Source: a virus. From it: a DNA stretch of 38,421 nucleotides. Numbering within the stretch: the stretch's first letter is position 1; each line of letters starts with the position of its first letter. Shown here piece by piece: positions 9,918 to 18,387 of the stretch. The notes below the pieces were generated by a model. The model did not search any database. It had not been told where the DNA came from and saw only the letters and a list, made by a program, of their open reading frames with translations. The translations under genes and the position numbers were made by a program. The stretch lies in the IMG/VR virus record IMGVR_UViG_3300045988_170866; one strand, written 5' to 3'.

Positions 9918-10106
9918 TTACCCGTTTGAATTTTCTTTTCTATTTGGCGGCGGTACATAACATTTAGTAATTACGTATCTCTCTCGGCCACATATCATAC
10001 ATATCTTTTGCTCTTTTTTTATTAAAAGATGTTTCTTTTTATTGTAGTACTGTTCACTTCTACCAATGTATTCTTGATGAAAGTGAGGTCTTAATCCTTG
10101 TGACAT
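9918..10106 (-). CDS. hypothetical basic small protein (62 aa)
   Basis: Internal ATG at 10106 is preceded by aaaaggagggcttt. The upstream part of track ORF 9918..10232 is better explained by a separate ORF in another frame. Confidence 0.4.
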   Translation of the reverse strand: MSQGLRPHFHQEYIGRSEQYYNKKKHLLIKKEQKICMICGRERYVITKCYVPPPNRKENSNG

Positions 10107-10144
10107 AAAGCCCTCCTTTTTACGAATAAAAGAAAAGCAAGTTT

Positions 10145-10294
10145 CTATTTCTTGCTTAAAATATAACAAAATAAATAAACTATAATAGGACTTAACATCG
10201 CTATAATCAATGGACATAACACAATCCACCATGGCCAGGTAATCAATCCTAGAATTTTTGCTATTACAAATATAATTAATAACGCTTTTAACAT
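10145..10294 (-). CDS. small two-TM membrane protein (49 aa), not in the ORF track
   Basis: MLKALLIIFVIAKILGLITWPWWIVLCPLIIAMLSPIIVYLFCYILSKK, RBS aaaggattaagagaa. Translated codon by codon. Confidence 0.45.
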   Translation of the reverse strand: MLKALLIIFVIAKILGLITWPWWIVLCPLIIAMLSPIIVYLFCYILSKK

Positions 10295-10319
10295 TTCTCT
10301 TAATCCTTTCTTTTTAGGC

Positions 10320-10346
10320 AAAATAAAAACCGACTAGTTGTCGGTT
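10320..10346 (-). terminator. intrinsic terminator after the MuF-toxin/immunity pair
   Basis: Stem aaccgac/gtcggtt (10328-10334 / 10340-10346), followed on the minus strand by tttattttg. It overlaps the TAG of ORF 10334..10546. Confidence 0.5.
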
Positions 10347-10546
10347 AATTCTATTTTTTCAATTTCATCAGCAAATGCCACAACACAATGTGAACTATTT
10401 TTCTGTCTAATATCAATTGATGCCTTTCTAGGAGCATTATCATTTTCAGTATCAAACCCTTCACAAAATCCTTCTAAAATTTGACCATCTTTAAAAATGA
10501 TTTTTACATTTTTTCCTAAACAATCAAACAATTCTCTTTCAGTCAT
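10334..10546 (-). CDS. candidate immunity protein for the MuF C-terminal toxin domain
   Basis: 70-aa acidic ORF overlapping the 3' end of the MuF fusion by 8 nt. This is the usual immunity-gene position downstream of MuF polymorphic toxins. Confidence 0.45.
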   Translation of the reverse strand: MTERELFDCLGKNVKIIFKDGQILEGFCEGFDTENDNAPRKASIDIRQKNSSHCVVAFADEIEKIELTDN

Positions 10547-12107
10547 TTTTCTTTACTCCTTTTAGTGTCGGTACCATATGTGTACCTTTCTCTTTACTAT
10601 AATGTATTTTAAACTTATTTGTTGCTATCCATGTCTTGTCAATACTTAATACATATCCAACAATTGAATTATCAACTATAGACTCTGTGTTATCCCAGTC
10701 TCCATTTCTACATCGATTTATTGTACCATTTCCAGCATGTTTTTTTATGCATTCTTGTATATCTTTCATTGATGCATCAACTATATAACTTCTTCCTTCA
10801 AGATAATTATTATGTCCTAAAATGTGTTTCCCTTGTTGACCTTCTCGTAAAGTCAAATTGTAAGATTCAGTGATTCCCTTTTGCAACTTACTATCTTTAA
10901 AATGCAATTTTAAATCATTGAATTTCTCAACATCATTATACTTCATATCTTGAAATTTAGATAGTGAAGTTGGCATATTTTCTTTACCTAAAACATCAAT
11001 GTATTTATTATACTGCTTTCTATCGCTAGATGCATTCTTTGTTTTTTCCATGAAAGAATTAACAGTATCAACACCATGTTCTTCTTGTTGTCTTTTCAAC
11101 CATTGATCATAATTTTCACTAACATCCACAACTTCATCTTTATTAGTAACGGGATTGCGTTGTCTTTTCTTCATAGCATCAGTAACGCCCTCAATATAAG
11201 GAATCATGTGTGAACGACAATTTGGATGAAGAGGTGGAACATTGACACCTACTTTAGCTTTTGCTATTTCTACGATGCTTCTATCATGATGCTGACAAAT
11301 TTGGGATGTTCTACTGTCATGTACTGCAATAAACATTTCTTTTTCAATGCCAGCATCTTTAAAAGCTTGTTGATCAGCAAATGCTGTCATTGCTGCACTT
11401 TCAGTTTGAATAAGTCGTCTTGCTTGATAAGCACCAACAGCAAACTTATTCATAATCGTGTCGGCCATTTCTTTTTCAGTCTTGTTTGTTAAAACGCCCA
11501 TCAGCATTTCATCTTTTAAAGATTCGGCCAGTGCGTTCGTATTATCCCAAATCCTATTGGAATAATTCTTACCACTCCATCTTGACTTTAACATGCTGTC
11601 TATCAGTTCAGGATCCAACATATCGAACTGATAAGCAACTTTCATGCCTTTTTGAAGATTATATACATTTCTATAATAAGCATTAAAAGCACTGTTGATA
11701 TAACAATCAGTGCTTACATCTTTTTCAACTTTATAAACTTCATTCATCAATTTATCTAACTGACTTTGCATATTTTCAAGTCGTTTGATTCTATATTGAT
11801 AGGGTGGCGTATCCAATTTCTTTAAAAGCTCTTTTCTTTGTTTGGTCTTTGGATTATTTTCAAGTATTCTTTTTATTTGATTATAATCCCTATCGCTTAT
11901 CAAAGAATCAAGCATTTCTTTTGCATCGGCATTTGATAAGCCATGACCATCTCTATACTTTTCAAAGATACCATTGATTTTACTTTGAGTGTAAAGACTA
12001 GCCTTACTGTAGATATCTGAAACATATTCACTTGCTACTTGTGCATCATTCAAAATAGATGAAAGCTTTTCTTCTTGGCGCTTTTTCCAATATTTCTCAT
12101 TCTTCAT
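10539..12107 (-). CDS. SPP1 gp7/Mu F-like head morphogenesis protein fused to a C-terminal polymorphic-toxin-type domain
   Basis: The MuF core is RWSGKNYSNRIWDN...ARRLIQTESAA...HPNCRSHMIPY. A C-terminal ~120 aa carries GKHILGHNNYLEGRS...IHYSKEKGTHMVP, which I recall from the type-50 toxin domains annotated on phage MuF proteins. Confidence 0.8.
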   Translation of the reverse strand: MKNEKYWKKRQEEKLSSILNDAQVASEYVSDIYSKASLYTQSKINGIFEKYRDGHGLSNADAKEMLDSLISDRDYNQIKRILENNPKTKQRKELLKKLDTPPYQYRIKRLENMQSQLDKLMNEVYKVEKDVSTDCYINSAFNAYYRNVYNLQKGMKVAYQFDMLDPELIDSMLKSRWSGKNYSNRIWDNTNALAESLKDEMLMGVLTNKTEKEMADTIMNKFAVGAYQARRLIQTESAAMTAFADQQAFKDAGIEKEMFIAVHDSRTSQICQHHDRSIVEIAKAKVGVNVPPLHPNCRSHMIPYIEGVTDAMKKRQRNPVTNKDEVVDVSENYDQWLKRQQEEHGVDTVNSFMEKTKNASSDRKQYNKYIDVLGKENMPTSLSKFQDMKYNDVEKFNDLKLHFKDSKLQKGITESYNLTLREGQQGKHILGHNNYLEGRSYIVDASMKDIQECIKKHAGNGTINRCRNGDWDNTESIVDNSIVGYVLSIDKTWIATNKFKIHYSKEKGTHMVPTLKGVKKND

Positions 12108-12121
12108 ATCATCTTAATTTC

Positions 12122-13603
12122 TTAATTAGGAATGCTAGAATTTTGTTTATTACCTTTAACATTTGAAGCATCATTTTTTGTATCAGTGTCATTTCCTGTT
12201 TCATCATCCTTGTTCTCCTCGTCTTGATTAAAAGGTACATCACTTTGTTGCTTGAACATTTGCTGTTGAAGTTTTACGCTTTCTTCATTTTCTTTTTTGA
12301 CTTTTTCCATTTCACTTGGAGCATCTTCAATAAAAGGAAGTTGTTCAATCAATGTTTCATTTGATACCTTTCCACTTAAATTGGCAATCATTTGAGCTAA
12401 CTCATTCAAGTTTTTAGGAAGTTTTCGAGTAAATGTGATTTTTACATTTCCAGGATCTATTACGATTGCTTTTATATTTAAATAATTGCAGAACAATTCA
12501 ATTCTTCTTTTTAATCCTTTTATGTAATACTTTTCCTTTTCTCCAGTAATCATTTGAAGTCCTAAAAGTTTATATTCCATGGCCACACCTGAACTGTTAC
12601 CAACGAAATTTTCATCAGTTAAGTTAGGAACATGAGAAAATGTATAGATATCTTCTTTGATTGCTTTTCTTAATACTTCCATCCCTGCTTCATCAAAAAC
12701 TCTTGAAAGATATTCAGCTCTTGCTTCTACAGGTAATTCTAGAAGACCATTTTCTTTTAGAATCTTCATTGTTTCACTGACTTCTTCATTGTCATCACCC
12801 ATCAGCGAACCATAAATAACAAGCAATGATTCAACAAATTGCTCTTTGTCATTAACTCTATCGCTCATGAGCTTGTTATAAGCATCAATCAAAGAGATTT
12901 GCTGTTCAAAATCGCCAATACAAAGCTTATTGTTACGATATTCAATGATTGGAACATCTCCAAAAAAGTGCTTAACAGGTTCATCAATAAACCTATGCCT
13001 ATTTCTATTGTTACATTCTAAAATCATTGTAGTGATATAATTCTTAGTACATACAGTTGCACGATAGCATTGCTGACTGGTGATTGCATCCTTGTATCGA
13101 TAATAATAAACACCAAAAAGAAGATTTTGCTCTATCGTATCATCGTATACTAAGAATGTATGGTCAGGTTCAAGGTTTCTAACTGCAATTTCAGTTTCAC
13201 CTTGTTTAATATACACATATTCATAAGCGACACCACAAATACTCATATCGTGTGCATTGTCACTGTCGACATCATCTACATCCGCTTTATCAAATGCATC
13301 CGTTAGTTTATCAATGCTTTCTTTATTTTGATTATCATAACTTGCATAAGAAATTGGACTGTTCATAAAATAACCAGTTGCTGTATCACTGATATCTTTA
13401 GCGTGATTACAAACAACTCTGTTATTTGCTGATGTCTTCAATTTCTTTTGTCTTCTTTTAATATCATGATCAGCATCATAATATCGCTGATTCTTTTTAA
13501 TTCTTCCAATCAAATTACGATGTTTATTGATCAACTCTTCAATTTGAACAAGATTCAACTTTGTTTCATCATAATTTGAACTATCTATTGTGAACGTAAA
13601 CAC
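12122..13603 (-). CDS. portal protein (SPP1 gp6-like)
   Basis: 493 aa directly after TerL, with an acidic C-terminal tail. Size and order are typical. Confidence 0.85.
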   Translation of the reverse strand: MFTFTIDSSNYDETKLNLVQIEELINKHRNLIGRIKKNQRYYDADHDIKRRQKKLKTSANNRVVCNHAKDISDTATGYFMNSPISYASYDNQNKESIDKLTDAFDKADVDDVDSDNAHDMSICGVAYEYVYIKQGETEIAVRNLEPDHTFLVYDDTIEQNLLFGVYYYRYKDAITSQQCYRATVCTKNYITTMILECNNRNRHRFIDEPVKHFFGDVPIIEYRNNKLCIGDFEQQISLIDAYNKLMSDRVNDKEQFVESLLVIYGSLMGDDNEEVSETMKILKENGLLELPVEARAEYLSRVFDEAGMEVLRKAIKEDIYTFSHVPNLTDENFVGNSSGVAMEYKLLGLQMITGEKEKYYIKGLKRRIELFCNYLNIKAIVIDPGNVKITFTRKLPKNLNELAQMIANLSGKVSNETLIEQLPFIEDAPSEMEKVKKENEESVKLQQQMFKQQSDVPFNQDEENKDDETGNDTDTKNDASNVKGNKQNSSIPN

Positions 13604-13614
13604 GTGGATACCTC

Positions 13615-14901
13615 CTAATTTTCATATCTAGCACGGTTCTTGCCTGCTCGACCTTTTGATTGGATGATGTCTTGTTCACATCCATATCGTGCAGCATCAA
13701 TCGTGTGGTTATTTTTATCAGGAAACTCACCTTTAAGATTTCCCTCTTTATCTTTTTCAATCTCATAGTCATTAAATTCTCTTGCAGCGTTAGGACAACG
13801 AATAGGATCAATAATGATTTCTTCTAAATCCTGCATCCACTTTATCCCGTTTTCTACACTGTCGGGTCCTTTCTTTGCTCCAGTTACCTTTAATCCAAGC
13901 AACTTGAATTCATTTATCGTACGTGGTTCTGCACTGTCACACGTTACTAATTTATTCAATGGGTTAAGCTTTTTGATTTTTGCAACTGCTTTTGCATTGG
14001 ATAAACGTGTACCATATACTTCCCCAAAAATAAAAAGACGTCTTCTCGTCTTGTCATAATGCATCTTAAGATATGCTAATGGATCACCAGCATATCCAAA
14101 GTCCAAACCATTCTTTAATCTATCAAATGTTTGGATTTCTTCATTTGTAATTTCTCTTATTGTAAGATTAGTAAATACTTCTCCACCTGTTCCAGTAACC
14201 TCGCCTAAATAATCATGCTTGTACTTTTCAGGCTTTGTTTTTTTCATGTGTTCAGCTTCAATAAGAAACTGTTCTCCGAGCCACTCTTTCGGGGCTTGAA
14301 GATAAGTTGTATGAGAGACAAAGGAATCATCTCTTTTGACTAGAACTTCTTTATTTACCCAACTTCTTTGTGATTCAGGTGGGTTGAACGAATAAAAGAC
14401 ACAATATTCAGGACCACCACGAAGCAACGACTGATTGATATTCGTTATTTTGTCATAGCTTTCAAATTCATCGCATTCTTCATACCAAACATATTTAATA
14501 TAGCCAATAAATACCTTAGTTGATTTCAACTTTTTAGGATTATCAGCACCTTTAAATATGATGACTTGGCCAGTTGGCTTATATGTCATTTGCAACTTTG
14601 AATCAGGAATCTCCCAATCGTTTTCAGCTTTCAACATATAAATGGCCCACTTGATTTGCTCGTAAACTGAACCTCTCAAAGTATCTTTTACACGTCTGAT
14701 TACAACTGCATTGCTCATTAATCCTTTTTTTGCATCCCTCATGATACCTAAAGGAATTTCAGTTCCAATACACGATGATTTCAATGATCCACGGCCACCC
14801 TTTAACCAGTAGTGGGTGAAATCATTATTTTTGATATGTTTATGAACATCATAAAAAGCTGGACCAATGATTGATTTTAAATTGACTTTATTCGATATCA
14901 T
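13615..14901 (-). CDS. terL: terminase large subunit (PBSX/SPP1-type)
   Basis: 428 aa with Walker A LKGGRGSLKSS and a C-terminal nuclease region with acidic motifs. It overlaps TerS by 14 nt. Confidence 0.9.
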   Translation of the reverse strand: MISNKVNLKSIIGPAFYDVHKHIKNNDFTHYWLKGGRGSLKSSCIGTEIPLGIMRDAKKGLMSNAVVIRRVKDTLRGSVYEQIKWAIYMLKAENDWEIPDSKLQMTYKPTGQVIIFKGADNPKKLKSTKVFIGYIKYVWYEECDEFESYDKITNINQSLLRGGPEYCVFYSFNPPESQRSWVNKEVLVKRDDSFVSHTTYLQAPKEWLGEQFLIEAEHMKKTKPEKYKHDYLGEVTGTGGEVFTNLTIREITNEEIQTFDRLKNGLDFGYAGDPLAYLKMHYDKTRRRLFIFGEVYGTRLSNAKAVAKIKKLNPLNKLVTCDSAEPRTINEFKLLGLKVTGAKKGPDSVENGIKWMQDLEEIIIDPIRCPNAAREFNDYEIEKDKEGNLKGEFPDKNNHTIDAARYGCEQDIIQSKGRAGKNRARYEN

Positions 14902-15307
14902 CTATAATCACTGTTTGACCATTAGAAGTAATATCTACACTTTCTTTAAACATGCCAAAACGTTTACCTAAAAGTTCAGCAGCTTTCAATCTTTCTCTTT
15001 CATCAGGCTTTTTAGTTATGACTTCTTGCATACCATCACCGCACATCGCTAGAGTACTAGCTTCACTTGTTCCACGCATAACTGATGTGAGATATTCCAT
15101 GACTTCTTGAATATCTGCAGTCTTTTCATTATGAATTTCTTCAAGTCGCTTGTTGATGTATTCAGCGATATCTTCTTTTTTTAAAAGATTACTTGCTCTA
15201 GTTGCAGCTGTTCTATCCGTTTTGCTCTTATATACTGTTCTGTAGGCTCGTGTGCCATTTAGATCAATTAAATATTCATCACAGAACAGCTTTTGCTTTT
15301 CTGTCAT
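14888..15307 (-). CDS. terS: terminase small subunit
   Basis: MTEKQKLFCDEYLIDLNGTRAYRTVY is typical of the P27/Terminase_2 type. ATG at 15307 follows aaggaggtgtgtcat. Confidence 0.8.
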   Translation of the reverse strand: MTEKQKLFCDEYLIDLNGTRAYRTVYKSKTDRTAATRASNLLKKEDIAEYINKRLEEIHNEKTADIQEVMEYLTSVMRGTSEASTLAMCGDGMQEVITKKPDERERLKAAELLGKRFGMFKESVDITSNGQTVIIDDIE

Positions 15308-15333
15308 ATGACACACCTCCTTTATTTTTTTAG

Positions 15334-15407
15334 TGGTTGCAGGACCAGGAATCGAACCTGGAATACAAGCTAAAGAGACTTGCGTTATACCTTTTTACTA
15401 CCCTGCT
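15334..15407 (-). tRNA. phage-encoded tRNA, anticodon position reads CUU (Lys), noncanonical loop
   Basis: Full cloverleaf on the minus strand:
- Acceptor stem is 6 bp plus an A.A opposition at 1:72.
- U8 is present; the D arm is GUAA/UAAC with A14 and GG.
- Anticodon stem is CAAGU/GCUUG, with loop CUCUUUA.
- T arm is CCAGG-UUCGAUU-CCUGG.
- The ACCA 3' end is encoded. Confidence 0.6.
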
Positions 15408-15521
15408 ATATTAAATAAAGAAAAAAAACAACCGAAGTTGCTCTTATTGAATTTCGAAAAGGGGTGCTTTTCTTTCTTATGGCTTGACCACATTAATAAT
15501 ATAACACATTTTTTCTAGTAT

Positions 15522-15980
15522 TTAGTCTTGAATTAGTCCAGCATCCGTTTTTTGCACCGATTCAAGGGCTAGAACAGTGTCTAAAATATTAAAGGATTGA
15601 TTTATTACCTCATAAAATTTTGCTCTTGAGAAGCCTTGTTTTAGAGCTTCTTGTTCACGCATCCCACTTTCTCCCTTTCCTGGATTATTTGCATAAATGA
15701 TAATGGCCTTTCTTTGCTCTTGATTAAGCAAGGTTGCTATACAATTTTCCAATCTTTCAATTACAATCTTGTAAGCATGAATATAACCATCGTAAATATC
15801 AGTGTTTTCTAAGATTTTATTATATCTTTGAATAACACTCATGTGATTTGTTCCTGGCATTTCTTTAGAATAAGTAATTGCTTTTCTATCATCCTTTAGT
15901 TGATCACGTGTTTCTTCTAAAAGCCTTTTTGTATCTTTCCAGCGTTTCCAATTAATAACTTGATACTTTGATTCTTGCAT
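15522..15980 (-). CDS. putative late-gene transcriptional regulator (ArpU/RinA-like position, sigma-r4-like C-terminus)
   Basis: 152-aa ORF, the last gene before the packaging module. The C-terminal LLNQEQRKAIIIYAN...FSRAKFYEVINQS looks HTH-like. The call rests on position and motif only. Confidence 0.4.
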   Translation of the reverse strand: MQESKYQVINWKRWKDTKRLLEETRDQLKDDRKAITYSKEMPGTNHMSVIQRYNKILENTDIYDGYIHAYKIVIERLENCIATLLNQEQRKAIIIYANNPGKGESGMREQEALKQGFSRAKFYEVINQSFNILDTVLALESVQKTDAGLIQD

Positions 15981-16047
15981 CTCTATTCCTCATGATTTGC
16001 TAATTATTCCTTATGTAAATAATCTTAACATTTCTTAACGTTTTTTT

Positions 16048-16236
16048 CTATTTTTCTTTGTATAATAATTTTTTATACATGACAATAGCATCTTTTAATG
16101 TCATGCCGTATGGCACATATTGAAAGTATCCTCTTTCTTTCATACCGAGCAAAAGAGGCACTTCATCAAAGTGATTATCAAGCCCACTAGTTAACTCTTC
16201 TAACTCTTGCAATAAGTCCAATTCAAACTTTGTCAT
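16048..16236 (-). CDS. small protein, paralog of ORF 17218..17400
   Basis: MTKFELDLLQEL...GMKERGYFQ versus MTKFELNLLKEF...GMRMRGYFQ. ATG at 16236 follows gaaagggtaaaaca. Confidence 0.5.
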   Translation of the reverse strand: MTKFELDLLQELEELTSGLDNHFDEVPLLLGMKERGYFQYVPYGMTLKDAIVMYKKLLYKEK

Positions 16237-16250
16237 TGTTTTACCCTTTC

Positions 16251-16640
16251 TCATTCACTTGATTTGATATCTATAATTCCATTTTCAACAACTTCTTTTG
16301 CTGGGAAGAATTGAATATCATAAGCATAAGGATTTTCTTTTTTAGCTTCCGTTTGAATACAAGTGTATGTAACATCATTTGATAGATGTGCATAAAATAA
16401 TTTGTATTTTCCTTTTCCAGTCTTAATAGTTACGTTTAAATCTCCATCTTCATCACTATCGAGGGAAATCTTTCCCTCAACGGTAAATAAAGGATCATTT
16501 GTTCTAGTATTAAGAGCAACGACTTTTCTTGTAATTTTAAAGTTGTTGGCATCTTTTCTAATATTATGATTAACTCTAGATGCTTTTGAACACCCGGTTA
16601 AAGCAAATACACTTGCTAATATGATTAATACTTTTTTCAT
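16251..16640 (-). CDS. lipoprotein (candidate superinfection-exclusion or surface protein)
   Basis: Signal peptide with lipobox MKKVLIILASVFALTGC. Confidence 0.75.
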   Translation of the reverse strand: MKKVLIILASVFALTGCSKASRVNHNIRKDANNFKITRKVVALNTRTNDPLFTVEGKISLDSDEDGDLNVTIKTGKGKYKLFYAHLSNDVTYTCIQTEAKKENPYAYDIQFFPAKEVVENGIIDIKSSE

Positions 16641-16817
16641 TTACTTGTTCTCCTTCTTTGGAATGTGATTTCTTTCTTGATAAATTTCTACTTCTTCTTC
16701 AACTGACTTCAATAAATTCTTTTCTCTTACTAGATCCTTTTTACTAGCGTTCGGTCTAGTGATATAGTATTGCAAAGCATGTTTTACTGTTTGCAACTTT
16801 CTATAGTACGCTCCCAT
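16641..16817 (-). CDS. hypothetical 58-aa protein, not in the ORF track
   Basis: ATG at 16817 follows ggaaggagataaaaaaca. The frame is open to TAA at 16641-16643, which abuts the lipoprotein ATG. It overlaps the 3' end of ORF 16784..17236. Confidence 0.4.
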   Translation of the reverse strand: MGAYYRKLQTVKHALQYYITRPNASKKDLVREKNLLKSVEEEVEIYQERNHIPKKENK

Positions 16818-17236
16818 TGTTTTTTATCTCCTTCCCATGGAATTTGAACTGGATAATATCTATTTTCTTCAAAAGGCTTAGTTAGAACACCTGCATCGCA
16901 ATAAAACGTTGTCATTTTAGTTTCTTTGGCAAGAGCATCATCAGAATATAAATATGTATTTTCTAATCTTGTAAAAGTTGTAAAGAAATTATCCCAAACC
17001 CACATACCAGGAGTTAAATCTTCAAATTTAAGGGGTTGAGGATGCTTGATTTCATTCATCGCATCCTCATATCCTTTATCATATTGTCCTCTATCATAAA
17101 TTAGAGCTTTTAGGAGTTCTTCTTTATCAACATTTATGCCGACTTTTTGTATAGCTTTAAATACTGAATTTTCAAAATCCTCATTCATCTTTTGAAACAC
17201 TTCTTTCATTACTATTTCTATTGGCGACTTATACAT
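16784..17236 (-). CDS. hypothetical protein (150 aa)
   Basis: Long ORF in the operon with overlapping neighbours. Confidence 0.6.
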   Translation of the reverse strand: MYKSPIEIVMKEVFQKMNEDFENSVFKAIQKVGINVDKEELLKALIYDRGQYDKGYEDAMNEIKHPQPLKFEDLTPGMWVWDNFFTTFTRLENTYLYSDDALAKETKMTTFYCDAGVLTKPFEENRYYPVQIPWEGDKKQWERTIESCKQ

Positions 17237-17400
17237 TCTTCATACCTCTCTATCAATTCATCAATGGTTTCATCATCTTCGGCATCTTGAAAGTAGCCTC
17301 TCATCCTCATGCCAACTAATGTACTGATTTCATCAAAGTCATCTCCACCACATCCATCATCAGAGAATTCTTTTAATAGATTCAATTCAAATTTAGTCAT
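17218..17400 (-). CDS. small acidic protein, paralog of ORF 16048..16236
   Basis: They share the N-terminal MTKFEL.LL and the GM..RGYFQ motif. Confidence 0.55.
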   Translation of the reverse strand: MTKFELNLLKEFSDDGCGGDDFDEISTLVGMRMRGYFQDAEDDETIDELIERYEECISRQ

Positions 17401-17644
17401 CTTTCATTACCTTCTTTTTCCGATATTCTTTATCTTTTTTAGATTCTTTATCCGTTAAAACATCAATGCAAAGATATAAACCTTCTAGTTTGTTGCAAGC
17501 ATTATCTAAACCTTTTTTTACATCTTCGTAAGCTTTTTCTAATTGCTCACAATATCCTTCTAGAGCTTCTACGTACTTATATGTTTCGTCGACACCGAGT
17601 GCAGCGCCTCGCTCTGTATATTCTTCTCTACTAGGTTTTTTCAA
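17393..17644 (-). CDS. hypothetical coiled-coil protein (83 aa)
   Basis: ORF in the operon, overlapping the downstream gene by 8 nt. Confidence 0.55.
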   Translation of the reverse strand: MKKPSREEYTERGAALGVDETYKYVEALEGYCEQLEKAYEDVKKGLDNACNKLEGLYLCIDVLTDKESKKDKEYRKKKVMKDD

Positions 17645-17647
17645 TTT

Positions 17648-17998
17648 TCAACCCTCCCAATCGATAGCTTGTCCACATTTTGTACAATAGTTTTGCTTTC
17701 CTGCTAAAGCTGAACCACAAGTTGGACACTTTCCAAAAGTTACATCTATATTTAACATTGAAAGAGTAACGGTTTCTTTCTTGATTGGCTTCTTAGGCAA
17801 TTTTGTTTCTAAAATGTTTCTAAGAGCTTTAAAATCAATGCTACCTAACACATGTGCAAATGTTTTATTAAAATCAACTAATTCTTGTAATGTATTTGCA
17901 CAGTTATTTATATTTTCTAAATGCTTAGGACTATAGGCGTCCCTATCTTTTTTAGCCCATGATTTCAATAAATTTAATGCATCTTGGTATTTATTCAT
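17648..17998 (-). CDS. hypothetical protein with C-terminal zinc ribbon
   Basis: CPTCGSALAGKQNYCTKCGQ (CxxC-N10-CxxC) at the C-terminus. Confidence 0.6.
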   Translation of the reverse strand: MNKYQDALNLLKSWAKKDRDAYSPKHLENINNCANTLQELVDFNKTFAHVLGSIDFKALRNILETKLPKKPIKKETVTLSMLNIDVTFGKCPTCGSALAGKQNYCTKCGQAIDWEG

Positions 17999-18219
17999 AC
18001 TTTTTCTCCTACCTCTTTTTTTAACTCTACATTAACAACAACACTAAGTTCTTCACCATCATCTTTTATGAAAAGAATTTCAGAATTATATAAGGCACTT
18101 CCTATATGTTGGCCAAGCTTATAACCGCGACCCTCACAAATAAAAGTACTTTTGCAATCAAATATATTAACCCGCTTTTTAGTGTTATTTAATAGAGAGG
18201 TCAATCTTTCCTTTTTCAT
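17995..18219 (-). CDS. hypothetical protein (74 aa), first gene after cassette A
   Basis: ATG at 18219 follows ggggtaaaaaga. Confidence 0.55.
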   Translation of the reverse strand: MKKERLTSLLNNTKKRVNIFDCKSTFICEGRGYKLGQHIGSALYNSEILFIKDDGEELSVVVNVELKKEVGEKV

Positions 18220-18387
18220 TCTTTTTACCCCGTTTTCTTATAAAATGTTACGTTTAACCTAGATATAATCATTTCGTTTAACCTAGAATTAAACGTAACT
18301 AACTAAATCTCTCAAACCCTATATGTAGCAATGGATTAGAGAGATTTTTACTTTTAAAAACTTCTTGAATTTTTTTAGTACTATTTT
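18220..18387 (-). repeat. intergenic cassette copy A (hairpin plus TTACGTTTAA/TTAAACGTAA half-sites)
   Basis: It aligns with 22098-22210 over ~110 bp. Half-sites lie at 18248-18257, 18272-18281 and, inverted, at 18289-18298. The hairpin arms are at 18305-18313 and 18339-18347. Confidence 0.8.

Noticed and set aside
9918-10232. 104-aa form of ORF 9918..10232.
   Set aside because: The N-terminal 42 codons have no RBS. They overlap a better-supported 49-aa membrane ORF in another frame (10145..10294). An internal ATG at 10106 has a strong RBS.
15490-15506. Extended -10-like TGtTATATT on the minus strand as a late promoter producing a short terminated leader, by analogy with Q-type antitermination.
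   Set aside because: There is no -35. The downstream hairpin is only 4-5 bp. Such AT-rich near-matches are frequent in this genome. The evidence is too weak to report as a feature.
15333-15518. 61-aa plus-strand ORF.
   Set aside because: Its 5' half is simply the antisense of the tRNA cloverleaf. The remainder is the A/T-rich intergenic terminator region.
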